Positions 47,259-57,766 of a stretch of DNA of 64,000 bases are shown here, one piece after another. The position numbers and the translations under genes were made by a program. This DNA comes from Nitrospirales bacterium (GTDB lineage: Bacteria > Nitrospirota > Nitrospiria > Nitrospirales > UBA8639), in NCBI GenBank assembly GCA_965203295.1, contig CBDBCZ010000019.1, positions 2,720,001 to 2,784,000 of the forward strand. The letters run 5' to 3'. Under the pieces are notes generated by a model. The model was not told where the DNA came from and searched no databases. It saw only the letters and a program-made list of their open reading frames with translations. Within the stretch, counting starts at the first letter, position 1; each line of letters begins with the position of its first letter.

Positions 47259-49622
47259 ACACCGCTTCTACTATCCACTCATGCGCGGGAACTCGTGAAC
47301 GGAATCAACTGAGGATTCATGGAATTGTTCAGGGAGTGGGGTTCCGTCCTTTTGTATATCGTTTAGCTCAGAAATTTTCTTTGAGTGGATGGGTGGCCAA
47401 TACGGCCCAGGGGGCTTTAGTCGAAATCGAGGGTTCGCCCACCAACGTCAGGCAGTTTAAAGAAGAGATACAAGCCAAAGCTCCTCGCGCCACAACAATA
47501 CATAACATCTCTGTCCAAACGCTCCCCTGCGAAGGCGAGCAACCCTTCACAATCCTTTCAAGCAACATCCAGGGGCAGAAACACTCCGTTATTCCTCCAG
47601 ACCTCGCAACCTGTATGGAATGTCTAAAGGAAATTCGTGATCCTCGCTCGCGTCGTTTCCGATATCCGTTCACCACCTGCACGGAATATGGCCCACGTTT
47701 CAGTATTCTTGAAGCCATTCCCTATGACCGACCGAACACGACTATGGCAAAGTTCTTCTTATGTCAGGCTTGTCAAACAGAGTATGAGGATATGGCCGAC
47801 CGACGGTTCCATGCTGAGGCCATAGCATGTCCCTATTGTGGTCCACACTTGGCTTTATGGGATCAAGCAGAGACCATTCAAGCAGAACAAGATGATGCCT
47901 TACGGTCGGCTTGTGACGTCATGCGATCGGGATCGGTTCTTGCGGTCAAGGGACTTGGAAGCTTTCAATTGTGGGTGGATGCATCCTCAGAAAAAGCCGT
48001 GAACAATTTGCGTAGCCGTAAACATCGTCCTCGCAAACCCTTTGCGGTCTTATTCCCATCGTTAGAATCAGTGAGATCCCATTGTGACGTTTCACAAGAG
48101 GAAACCGAACTCTTGTCCTCTCCTGAGGCTCCTATCGTCCTCCTCAAAAAGAAAGAGTCCAGTAGGCTCGCTCACGCAACGGCTCCGGGAAATCCGTATA
48201 TTGGCGCCATACTTCCCTACACCCCATTGCATCACCTCATGATGGAGGAACTGCTGTTTCCGGTCATCGCCACAAGTGGAAATCGCTCAGAGGAACCCAT
48301 TGTCATTGATGAACAAGAAACCCTCATTCGTTTGAAGGGAATTGCTGATGCCTTTTTAGTGCACGATCGGCCTATCGCAAGACCTATCGATGACTCCGTC
48401 CTCCGAATGATAGGTCATGAACGGTTACTGCTTCGTCGGGCACGAGGGTATGCACCGAGCCCAATCACCATCGAGATCCCAGAGTGCAAAGGCAAGATTA
48501 TGCCACCAGTCTTAGCAGTTGGTGGACAAATCAAAAGTACCGTAGCCGTTATGACACAAGATCAAGTTATTGTGAGTCAGCACATCGAGGATCTCTCAAC
48601 TCCTGAAGCCTGTTCGCAATTTGAACGAACCGTTGCCGACCAGCTTAATCTGTTCGATATACAACCTCAGGCCATTACCTGCGACCTGCACCCTGATTAC
48701 CATTCAACAGTGTTTGCAAAGAAATTGGGGAAAAAGTTGCACATCCCGATTGTTCCGGTTCAACACCATTACACCTATATTCTGGCCTGCATGGCTGAGC
48801 ACGGATTAGAAAGCCCTGCGTTAGGGATCGCCTGGGACGGTGCAGGGTATGGGACGGACGGGACAATCTGGGGTGGAGAATTTTTGCTTACTGATTGCTC
48901 CGGGTTTAAACGAGTCGGCCACCTTCTGCCCTTTAGACTTCCTGTAGGAGAAGTCTGCATGCGCGAACCCCGCCGGGTTGCTCTTTCCTTATTGTATGAA
49001 GCCTTTGGCGAAGCGGCCTTGGATTTAGGCCTTCCTCCCATTCGCTCATTGGGATCTGAATCAGCCAACTCTTTGGTCGAATTGATAAAAAAAGATGTGC
49101 ATTGCCCCGTCACAACCAGCATGGGACGACTCTTTGACGGCGTAAGCTCTATCCTCGGTCTGTGTCAGATAAACACCTTTGAAGCCGAAGCGGCCATGGC
49201 TCTCGAGTTTCTCGTTGGCAAGGTAATCTTGAACTCATCGATGAGAAGGAAACCCAATCTTACCTTTTATCTTAGAAGAAGAAAAAAACAGAAGAGATGA
49301 TCAGACTCACAATAGTTGGGTTGCCGATTGGCATCCCATGATTCGAGCCATCGTCGAGGCCCGTCTAGCAGGAAAGGATCCATCAAACATTGCATTTACT
49401 TTTCATCAAGCAGCAGCCCAGTTGGTAACCGATGTGGTCCCAAAAATCGGCAACCCCAAAGTGGTCCTTACAGGAGGCGTCTTCCAAAATGCCCTCTTGC
49501 TGCAACTTATGCAATCAGGCCTAAAGGAGGCGGGATTGACCGTATACACCCATCACCACATCCCCCCAAACGACGGGGGATTAACCTTGGGCCAAGCTAG
49601 ATTTGCCGCGAACATCAATTGA
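47255..49622 (+). pseudogene. hypF: Carbamoyltransferase HypF, disrupted
   Basis: GIVQGVGFRPF, Zn fingers (one CTEY), TSGN, DG.GYG.DG.IWGGE, SMGRLFD, PPNDGG; frameshift region ~49220-49335. Confidence 0.88.
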
Positions 49623-49737
49623 ACTTGTCTTTTAATATCACAATCCTCAATTTGCAAAATCCAAGAAAAGCCTTGCCAGTAAAAAATATGCGTACTATAA
49701 TTTGCATATATGGTTTATTAAAGTGACAGTGTGAGAT

Positions 49738-50076
49738 TTGGGACAAGAGATCAACCCGAAAACATTGCTAGTCTATCAGGATGAAAACGGCTACGAACCG
49801 TTTTCCGAGTGGTTGGATAATCTAAAAGATCGACAAGGGCGGAACCGAATCCGGGTTCGTCTTCGGCGTCTAGAAGCAGGACTGTACGGTGATTGTTAGC
49901 CTGTGGGCGACGGGGTAAACGAATTGCGCCTTTTTTTCGGACCTGGTTACCGCGTCTATTTTGGAGAAGAGGCCGAGCATATTATTATTCTGCTATGTGG
50001 GGGCGATAAGAGCACGCAGAAGCAGGATATAGAGATCGCCAAACGATATTGGAAGGAGTACAAGGAACATGGCTAA
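49738..50076 (+). pseudogene. RelE/ParE-type addiction-module toxin with nonsense codon
   Basis: PFSEWL..L.D..R.RI..RL.R...G..GD*..VG.GV.ELR..FGPGYRVYF..LLCGGDKSTQ; TAG 49897-49899. Confidence 0.85.
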
Positions 50077-50392
50077 GAGAAAATTACGTACATTCGATCA
50101 AGTGGATGAGGAATATTTTAAAGACCATCCTGAGGGGATTGAGGATTATTTAAAAATTTGTTTTGAGGAGTACGCGAAGGATCGCTGTACCCCTGCCCTA
50201 CTCTCATCGCTTCGGATGATTGCACGGGTCAAAGGCGTATCAACATTGGCAGAAGAAACTGGGATGTCCCGGAAAGGGCTTCAGAAAGCCTTGTCCGAAG
50301 ATGGGAACCCGCGTTTTGAAAATATCAATGCCATTATGCAAGCAATGGGCTACAGGTTAACTGCAGAAAAGCTTGATATGCCTGTGGGATAA
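50069..50392 (+). CDS. Addiction-module antidote (HTH antitoxin)
   Basis: IARVKG...LAEETGMSR.GL.KALS..GNPRF; overlaps toxin stop. Confidence 0.85.
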   Translation: MAKRKLRTFDQVDEEYFKDHPEGIEDYLKICFEEYAKDRCTPALLSSLRMIARVKGVSTLAEETGMSRKGLQKALSEDGNPRFENINAIMQAMGYRLTAEKLDMPVG

Positions 50393-50469
50393 CTCCTCCT
50401 GACCTCCAAACCACTTTGATTTTCCCCCCATTTCCTTTCTAAATTCTCCACATATGACCGTAAAGCTTA

Positions 50470-51800
50470 TTGAAGATTTTTTCACCAGCCTGAGCGCAAT
50501 CATATGGGGCCCCATCATGTTGACACTGCTGATGGGAATGGAGATCTATCTCACCTTGGCCTCCGGGCCATGACATGGCGACGGATAGGGGAAGGATTTC
50601 TTCTCCTCTGGACTGGTCGTGCGTCTGGAAAAGGCGCAAAGGGAGATATCACGCCTTTTCAAGCCCTCATGACCGAACTATCAGCAACAGTGGGAACTGG
50701 AAAGATCGCCGGCGTCGCCACGGCTATCTACCTCGAGGGTCCGAGAGCTGTGCTTTGGATGTGGGTCACGGCCTTGTTTGGAATGGCCACGAAATATGGT
50801 GAAGCCCTCCTCGCGGTAAAGTATCGAGAGATAGACGAGTTAGGGAACTACGTAGGCGGACCAATGTACTACATTAAAAACGGTCTGGGTTCCGATTGGA
50901 ATTGGCTCGCGATAGCTTTCAGCCTATTCGGCATGGTAGCCGCTTTTGGGATTGGCAATACGGTGCAAGCCAATACCATTGCAAGTGCTCTGAAATCGGC
51001 GGGAGGGATTACAACTTGGATATCGGGTCTTGTCGCAGCCTTGTTAACCGATGCGGTGATTATTGGAGGAATCCGGAGGCTCGCAGAAGTAGCAGCCCAA
51101 TTAGTCCCTATGATGGCATTGGTCTATATCGGTGGCGCCTTGATCATCATTTTAATCAATTACCAAAAAGTTCCGAGTGCACTGGCAATCATCGTAGGCG
51201 AGGCCTTCACGGGAACCGCAGCGGCGGGCGGATTTGCCGGCAGCACTGTACTCATGGCCATTCGGGTTGGAGTAGCTCGGGGTTTGTTTTCAAATGAAGC
51301 GGGCTTAGGGAGTGGACCTATTGCCCATGCCGCAGCACAAACCACTGATCCGGTCCGGCAAGGCATGATCGCGATGATCGGTGTGTTCATCGATACGATG
51401 ATCGTTTGTACCATGACTGCCTTGGTTATTGTGATTACCGGCGCCTGGACCACTGGTGAAACAGGAGCAGCCCTATCGAGCGAGGCTTTTTATAGCGAGT
51501 TAGCTGGAGCAGGCCGAATGGTCGTCACCTTTGGCCTCATTGTGTTTGCGTATACAACCCTCTTGGGCTGGAGTTATTACGGCGAGCGCTGCGCTGAATT
51601 CCTGTTCGGAATTCGTGTGATCAAACCCTATCGATTGGCGTGGATCGCGGCGATTCTGATTGGGGCAGTCAGCAACTTGGAGTTCGTATGGCTCGTGGCT
51701 GATATTTTGAACGGGTTGATGGCGGTATCCAACCTACTGGCTTTGATAGCCCTCAGTCCGATTATTTTCCAAGTGACCCCGCAATATTCATGGTCGGGGG
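50470..51800 (+). pseudogene. Sodium:alanine symporter (AGCS family), N-terminal frameshift
   Basis: TVGTG.IAGVA, GGPMYYI, RGLFSNEAGLGS, FIDT..VCTMTAL, GWSYYGE; WGP..TLL N-terminus in another frame. Boundaries approximate. Confidence 0.85.
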
Positions 51801-51899
51801 GGGAAAAGGCTAGAAAACTTCAAGCCGTGAATATACGAAACATCCCGGCAGAAAAAGCAAAAAGGGGCAACACTTTACTTTCTATACACTTAACCGGAA

Positions 51900-52200
51900 G
51901 CAGATTGCGTAGGAAGTTTTGCAGCCTCGCCGTCCAACGATCGAGCAAATGTGGAAGGCGGTGACGAAGGCTACAGGGGTGACCGAAACAGCGGTGAAGG
52001 ACCAGCAGCAACACCCGGAGGTTTTTCAAGCGGCTGTGTATCTGCGGCGGCGAGCGTGGCATGTCTCATTGAAGGAAGCGGCTGGCTGGGCCAGGGAATC
52101 GCCGGCTCGGGTCTCGCAGATTCAACGCCGGATTGAGGAGGCGGGCGGCCTGACCGATGCGTTTCCCTGGACCCAACGGGTGAAAGGGACTAGAAGGTAA
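51900..52200 (+). mobile_element. Possible C-terminal remnant of a Y1/RAYT-type transposase
   Basis: AVYL.RR...SLKE.......ARVSQI resembles the DnaA-like HTH tail of REP-associated transposases. Confidence 0.4.
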
Positions 52201-52205
52201 AGTGT

Positions 52206-52421
52206 TGAGGTGGTCCTAAAAAAACAGACACAAAGTTAAGAGTCACCTGTCTGCCGTTCAAATTCCTCAGGGCTACGATAACCGAGGGTTTGATGCAGGC
52301 GCTTTCGATTATAGAAGCCCTCGATGTAGGCAAAGATCGCCTGCCGGGCTTCAGTCCGATCTTGAAACGAATGATGATGGGTTAACTCGTTCTTCAGCGT
52401 GCTAAAAAAAATTTCTACCAC
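52206..52421 (-). mobile_element. IS3-family remnant (integrase C-terminus and end)
   Basis: [37 protein letters not shown]; end begins TGAGGTGGTCC at 52206. Confidence 0.85.
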
Positions 52422-52479
52422 CGGTCGAGTAGCGGGTGTTGGGCAGTCTCAAAGGCGAAGGCCTCCCGACGCAGCCCAC

Positions 52480-52644
52480 GGAAACGCATGCCACGGCGAA
52501 AGCCGCCACGATTGAGTATTTTGAGATATTTTATAATAGTCACCGTCGGCATTCCACGTTGGGGTACCTGAGTCCTAATGCCTTTGAGGCCCAGGCCAAG
52601 GGAGCCTAAGAGGAGCGTGAACAGAAAAATGGGGCGAGACCTCA
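52480..52644 (+). mobile_element. Second IS3-family remnant
   Basis: IEYFEIFYNSHRRHSTLGYLSPNAFE followed by ..GGGGCGAGACCTCA end. Confidence 0.75.
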
Positions 52645-52805
52645 GTAGGGACGGTAGGGAGATCGTTGATTATGGGGCAACCTCGAAAGAAAGTTTTTCC
52701 AGCCACCAGCGGAAAATTGGGCCGAAGGCCTCGAACGAGAGGAAGCCCTGTACGGAGAGCAAAGCGGGCTTAACCCGGTGTCCGTTTTCACTGAACCACT
52801 ACAGG

Positions 52806-53329
52806 TCAAGGGTCACCGTGGGAGGCGCGACCTGGTCCCAGACACAGTGCGCCCAATAACCACCGACGGCCTGCTTGGTGCTCTAGCGAAAGCGCCGGAA
52901 GAACCGCGTGAAGGTGGCGACCGAGGCCACTCGCCTCCAGCCAAAGAGGCCGTATCAACCCGGACCAAGGCCGTATGGGCAAAGTGCACGCCACCCACCC
53001 ACACAGCCACCAGAAAACTCTCCAGCATCACGACCGGCGCATAGCTACGATTGGATAGCGGCTGGGGCAAGGGACTCTGGGCGAGCATCTCTCGGAAGTG
53101 CAGGCGCGTGAGAAACTCTTGCATCAGTCGGAGCCCATCCCATACTGTCACGGCCTTGTCCGTAAACACCCAGGGGAAGCCCGGTCTCACGGCCCACCGT
53201 TTTGTCCCGTCGGCGGAGAACAGAGCGTCGTCGTTTCATGAGCATCCTATCCTCACAGAAAATTGGGGAGAACATCGGTGTCACAACCCCAACAATACGA
53301 AACCACCAACGTCTAATGCAAAGTCCTGG
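52806..53329 (-). mobile_element. IS1380-family transposase N-terminal remnant
   Basis: FTDKAVT.W.GL.LM...LPQP.SNR.Y.P...ESFLV.VW.G..F.H...VR.D; candidate end CCAGGACTTTGCATT. Confidence 0.7.
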
Positions 53330-53460
53330 TTAATCTGATCCCACTCCTAATTCCCTAACACTTGCGATCTTTACCTCATGGGGAACAAATGCCTTGCAAA
53401 GGTGAACTAAATAATGGAAAAGGAATAATCCACCTTGACTTTTGATTCACCGGGTAGGGG

Positions 53461-54436
53461 ATGTTTACTTTATCACGCATACGCATAGACTTGGGTTCCT
53501 TCCACTTGCTTGGTCGGATTCTCCTTTGGTTCCTGATATCCTCACCGGCGTTTTGGGGAATAGGGGCTTCGAATTCAGCCCATGCATTTGAAATTGCCAT
53601 CCTCAAGTCCGCTGATATCACTGCGTATGATCAGGCTGTAACAGCTTTTAAGAACGACCTTCCATCCACTGTTACGACCCTCACCGAATACAACCTTCAA
53701 GGGGACATCAGCCAAGGGCGAAAGTTTGCCAGAAAGCTTCGTGCCTCCAACGCCCGATTGGTGTTGGTGGTTGGGTTGAAAGCTGCTTTGGCCGCCAAAC
53801 TGGAAATCCTCGATATTCCCGTCATATTTTGCATGGTCCTGAATCCTGCTCGGTATGACCTTTCCGGATCGAATATGACCAGGATTGAGCTTCAAATTCC
53901 CGTCGCTCATCAACTCAGAACCATTCACGATAATTTTCCAGGAATTACCAGATTGGGCATTGTGTACGACCCGACGAAGACTGGTGCGCTTGTGAAAGAG
54001 GCCTCGGTCGAAGTCAAAAAGTATGGCTTGGAGCTGATAGCCCGCGCTGCCAGGGAGGAAAAAGAGGTTCCTTCGACCTTAAGGGAGATTGTCAACAGTA
54101 TCGATGCTCTATGGTTACTCCCTGATAGTACCGTTCTTACTGAAGAGTCCCTGAGTTTTCTTGTGAGCACGACCTTGGAAACCAATGTACCGCTTATCGG
54201 ATTCTCATCAGGATTAGCTCGAAGTGGGGCTCTCATGGGTATTTACATCAAATATGAGGATGTAGGGACCCAAGCCGCCCTTCTTGCCAAAAAAATTCTC
54301 AACGGAGAAACCATTCTCACGGGTATTGTGGTCCCGGTTGATAAAATTCGAATTTCCCTGAATCTGCAAGACTGCCAACTTCCTGAACATCTCGATTCGC
54401 CCTGAAGTCATGGTGCAAGCGGATGAGGTCTATTAG
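53461..54436 (+). CDS. ABC substrate-binding-like periplasmic sensor protein; C-terminal frameshift
   Basis: Signal peptide, PVIFCMV.NP, LGIVYDP, DALWLLPDSTV, NL(K)TA..L in second frame ending at 54436. Confidence 0.78.
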
Positions 54437-56737
54437 ATGAGCAAGTTCTTTGTGAATAGACGCAAGGACTCAGGTCAGGGGGTGATCAAGAGGAAATTTG
54501 TCAGCCTGAGGACCAAGTTTGTGTTCTTTATCAGTTTTATTATCGTTGCCGTCTGTTCAGGCCTGAGCTTTTATGTCGTGCAACAACAGGTGGAGTTTAT
54601 GGCAGGAACGCTGAGGAACACAGGACTCATGGTCGTAAACAACTTGGCACACAACAGCCGTTATAGTTTAATCACCCATGATCAACTCTCTCTAGAACGG
54701 CTTGTGGATGGTACGATGAAGGTCAGAGAGGTCGTGTACGTGGTAATGACGGACTCAGACGGAAAAATCTTGTTGTTCAAATCTAAACCCAGACCTGCCG
54801 AGACCTTGCAACAAACCTCCGGAGATGGTGCAGACTTCCTTCCAGACATTTCGATCACACAAAGCTTGTTAAAGCCGGAAAGTCAAGGCCCTATCATCAC
54901 CCGTTTGTTTCTGGAAGGAAAACGAAATGAGAAAGAGAACCCGTTGAGAGAAACGTGGCCCAGGAAATGGGCGATCACGATAAGTGACGAATCCGTTTTT
55001 GATTTTGCAGTGCCCGTCCGTCGCCGTACTAGTGGGGAAGACACTTTGGGAGCGCTATCTTTGGAGTCACAGGAGATCACTTCAGGGAGTGAGGATCAAA
55101 GTCTTGGATCTCCGTACGGGATTGTCCAAGTGGGCTTAACCAATATGCACATGCTTGAATCTTTAAAAAACATTATTTCGAATATCGTGCTCATCACACT
55201 CCTTATTATCATCGGGGGAATAAGTGCGACGGTTTTTCTTGCCAACCGGATTATCACTCCCTTGCAAAGTCTTGCTGGGATCGCTCGAAGGGTTGCCGCA
55301 GGCGATCTCAATGCCTCCGTGATGCCGACAACGTCCGACGAGGTTGGTCAATTGACCACAATCTTTAATCAGATGACCCAGTCCCTGCAGGACCGCGAGC
55401 TGGCAATCTCTGCTCAAATGGAAACCATTACCAGGCAAGTGAACCAATTAACGACACTCAACCAAACGGGTATGGTCATTACTTCCAATCTCGACTTGAA
55501 TCGGCTTCTTTCCACAGTTCTTCACCTGCTGGTGAAAAAGGTGGGATTTACGCATATGATCCTCATGCAATACGACCCGGAAACCAGAATGGCTTTTGGA
55601 GCACAGACGGCAGGAATTTCTGAAACATTAGCGAGAGAAGTCCAGGCCATGGAGGTTCCAATTGAAAATCCTCATTCTCTTCATGGGGAAATCTTGATCC
55701 AAGGTCAGGCTTTGGTCGTCGTTGATCGTGACCAGATCGCCCATCCTACCCACCCTGATTTTTTGGTCTTTCTACGGAAGCTAAGGGTCACGTCATTTGT
55801 CTGTGCTCCCATAAAGAGTCAACAGGGGATACATGGATTCATTGAAGCTGACAAAATGCCCGAGCCCTGTACACAAGAGGATCTGGACCTTCTCGTCACA
55901 ATTGGAAATACCATTGGTGTGGCGATTGCCAATGCGCGTGCCTACCAACAACTGGCGCAATTTGCTGTGACTCTTGAGGAACGGGTGGAAGAACGAACCC
56001 TAGAACTTCGAGAGGCCAATCTCAAGCTTAGAGAGCTTGACCAATTGAAGTCCGTGTTCGTTTCCATCGTCTCCCATGAACTTCGGACCCCTATGACATC
56101 CAAAAAAGGTTTGGTCGAGAATATGCTTGACGGATTAACGGGAGAGCTGTCTGAACGGCAATCCTTTTACCTCAGTCGTGTCCGGATCAACATTGAACGT
56201 CTAACCCGAATGATCAATGATCTGTTGGATCTTTCTAAAATTGAGGCAGGCGCGATGAAACTTCAGGCAATCCCTGTCAATGTCATGGACGTGGTAGGGG
56301 AAGTTATCGAAGCCTTTCAACAGACAGCCCAAGCAAAATCCATAACACTGGAAGCTCAACAAGTTTTGGATATTCCTCACGTTCATGGGGACCGAGATAA
56401 AATCAGCCAAATCTTCACCAACCTCATCCATAACGCCATTAAATTCACCGACCCCGGAGGTTTCATACGAGTGGAGTTTGGACAACTCGAAAATGATGTC
56501 CTTCAAATTTGCGTTTCGGATACAGGATGTGGAATCCCACCACATGAATTACAACTCATTTTCGATCGATTTTTCAGGAGCCAAGCCGACTCTCCCGAGA
56601 TACAGGGAGCTGGGCTAGGATTGGCCATCACCAAAACCTTGGTGGAATTACACGGGGGTCAGATTTGGGTGGAAAGCAAAGTAGGACAGGGAACCCGTTT
56701 TTATTTCACGTTGCCTCTCCAACAAAACGTAACATAA
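54437..56737 (+). CDS. Membrane sensor histidine kinase (HAMP-GAF-HisKA-HATPase)
   Basis: 2 TM, HAMP DEVGQL..FNQM, GAF, VSHELRTP, NAIKF, GAGLGL; open 766 aa. Confidence 0.9.
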   Translation: MSKFFVNRRKDSGQGVIKRKFVSLRTKFVFFISFIIVAVCSGLSFYVVQQQVEFMAGTLRNTGLMVVNNLAHNSRYSLITHDQLSLERLVDGTMKVREVVYVVMTDSDGKILLFKSKPRPAETLQQTSGDGADFLPDISITQSLLKPESQGPIITRLFLEGKRNEKENPLRETWPRKWAITISDESVFDFAVPVRRRTSGEDTLGALSLESQEITSGSEDQSLGSPYGIVQVGLTNMHMLESLKNIISNIVLITLLIIIGGISATVFLANRIITPLQSLAGIARRVAAGDLNASVMPTTSDEVGQLTTIFNQMTQSLQDRELAISAQMETITRQVNQLTTLNQTGMVITSNLDLNRLLSTVLHLLVKKVGFTHMILMQYDPETRMAFGAQTAGISETLAREVQAMEVPIENPHSLHGEILIQGQALVVVDRDQIAHPTHPDFLVFLRKLRVTSFVCAPIKSQQGIHGFIEADKMPEPCTQEDLDLLVTIGNTIGVAIANARAYQQLAQFAVTLEERVEERTLELREANLKLRELDQLKSVFVSIVSHELRTPMTSKKGLVENMLDGLTGELSERQSFYLSRVRINIERLTRMINDLLDLSKIEAGAMKLQAIPVNVMDVVGEVIEAFQQTAQAKSITLEAQQVLDIPHVHGDRDKISQIFTNLIHNAIKFTDPGGFIRVEFGQLENDVLQICVSDTGCGIPPHELQLIFDRFFRSQADSPEIQGAGLGLAITKTLVELHGGQIWVESKVGQGTRFYFTLPLQQNVT

Positions 56738-56779
56738 TCCTCCAGATCATTCGTTTCCTCATCATGACCCCCCACTTTT

Positions 56780-56817
56780 GTATCTAATTGGATAGAACAA
56801 CGTATCTATTTAGATAC
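56780..56817. promoter_or_regulatory. Tandem operator/enhancer (GTATCT-N4-AGATAC)
   Basis: GTATCTAATTGGATAG (56780) and GTATCTATTTAGATAC (56802); same arrangement recurs at 59733/59755. Confidence 0.7.
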
Positions 56818-56947
56818 GCTTTAGATACGCTCCTAGCATGAATTCTCAATCTGGTTGATACCCGATAGGACTTCAATGATGGAATTTTCCATTATAGATC
56901 AAGAGGTTTGAGAATCTAAAGATATATCTTCATAAAAAACTCATCTT

Positions 56948-56963
56948 TGGCCCAGGAATTGCT
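56948..56963 (+). promoter_or_regulatory. Sigma-54 promoter
   Basis: TGGCCCAGGAATTGCT upstream of response regulator 57046. Confidence 0.7.
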
Positions 56964-57045
56964 GATCCTCCGTGTAGTGTTTTTTAATCTTGTAACTTCC
57001 AACGGGACTCTGACTATCGGAGAGTGAACTCCCAGTTCCTTTTTT

Positions 57046-57489
57046 GTGATCATGGTTAATGCATCGGTCATAAGTAAGCAGGCAAGAATTCTTTCTGTAG
57101 AAGACGATCCGGATATCAACATTGTCTTGAACGATTTCCTTGAAAATGAAGGGTACGCTGTGGACATGGTGGCCACTGGCACCGAAGCCATGAATCTCGT
57201 GAAGAACCAACATTATGATGCCGTTCTTTTGGATGTTCGACTTCCCGACCTGGATGGCTGGTTGGTACTCAAACAGTTGATGGATATAGCCCCAAACCTC
57301 CCTGTCATTCTCCATACAGCTCAATCGGTTTTTGACTCAAAGGTTTCAAATCCTACCTTGTACAGAGCCTTTGCCTACATAACCAAACCATTCAACCGTC
57401 AAGAGCTGAAATGCACAGTTAAACGTACTGTAGCCCCTGACACCCACCACGACTCCGGCCAAAGTTTGTCTGCCCAGACTTGCTGCTAG
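57046..57489 (+). CDS. Single-domain response regulator
   Basis: ILSVEDD, LLDVRLPD.DG, HTA, TKPF. Confidence 0.85.
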   Translation: MIMVNASVISKQARILSVEDDPDINIVLNDFLENEGYAVDMVATGTEAMNLVKNQHYDAVLLDVRLPDLDGWLVLKQLMDIAPNLPVILHTAQSVFDSKVSNPTLYRAFAYITKPFNRQELKCTVKRTVAPDTHHDSGQSLSAQTCC

Positions 57490-57766
57490 ACACAACCATC
57501 TTTACGCTGCTAATCCTTCCTGAAACACAAGAATTAGGCTAATCCTCTAATTGGTTGAATCCTCTTCTCTCCCATCTTTATCTTGGAAAAGACCTGTTCT
57601 TTCGGCTATTCCACTTACATTGCGTCTATTTTACAGGGTTTCGGTCCCCAATGCTCTTTTCCACCCTCGATTGGGGGTGGTATGGATCACAAGTTTTTTG
57701 TCAACAAATTCACTTATTTTTCTTGTTAAGAGTTTCTTGTTAAGAGATGATATTATTATTAACGGT

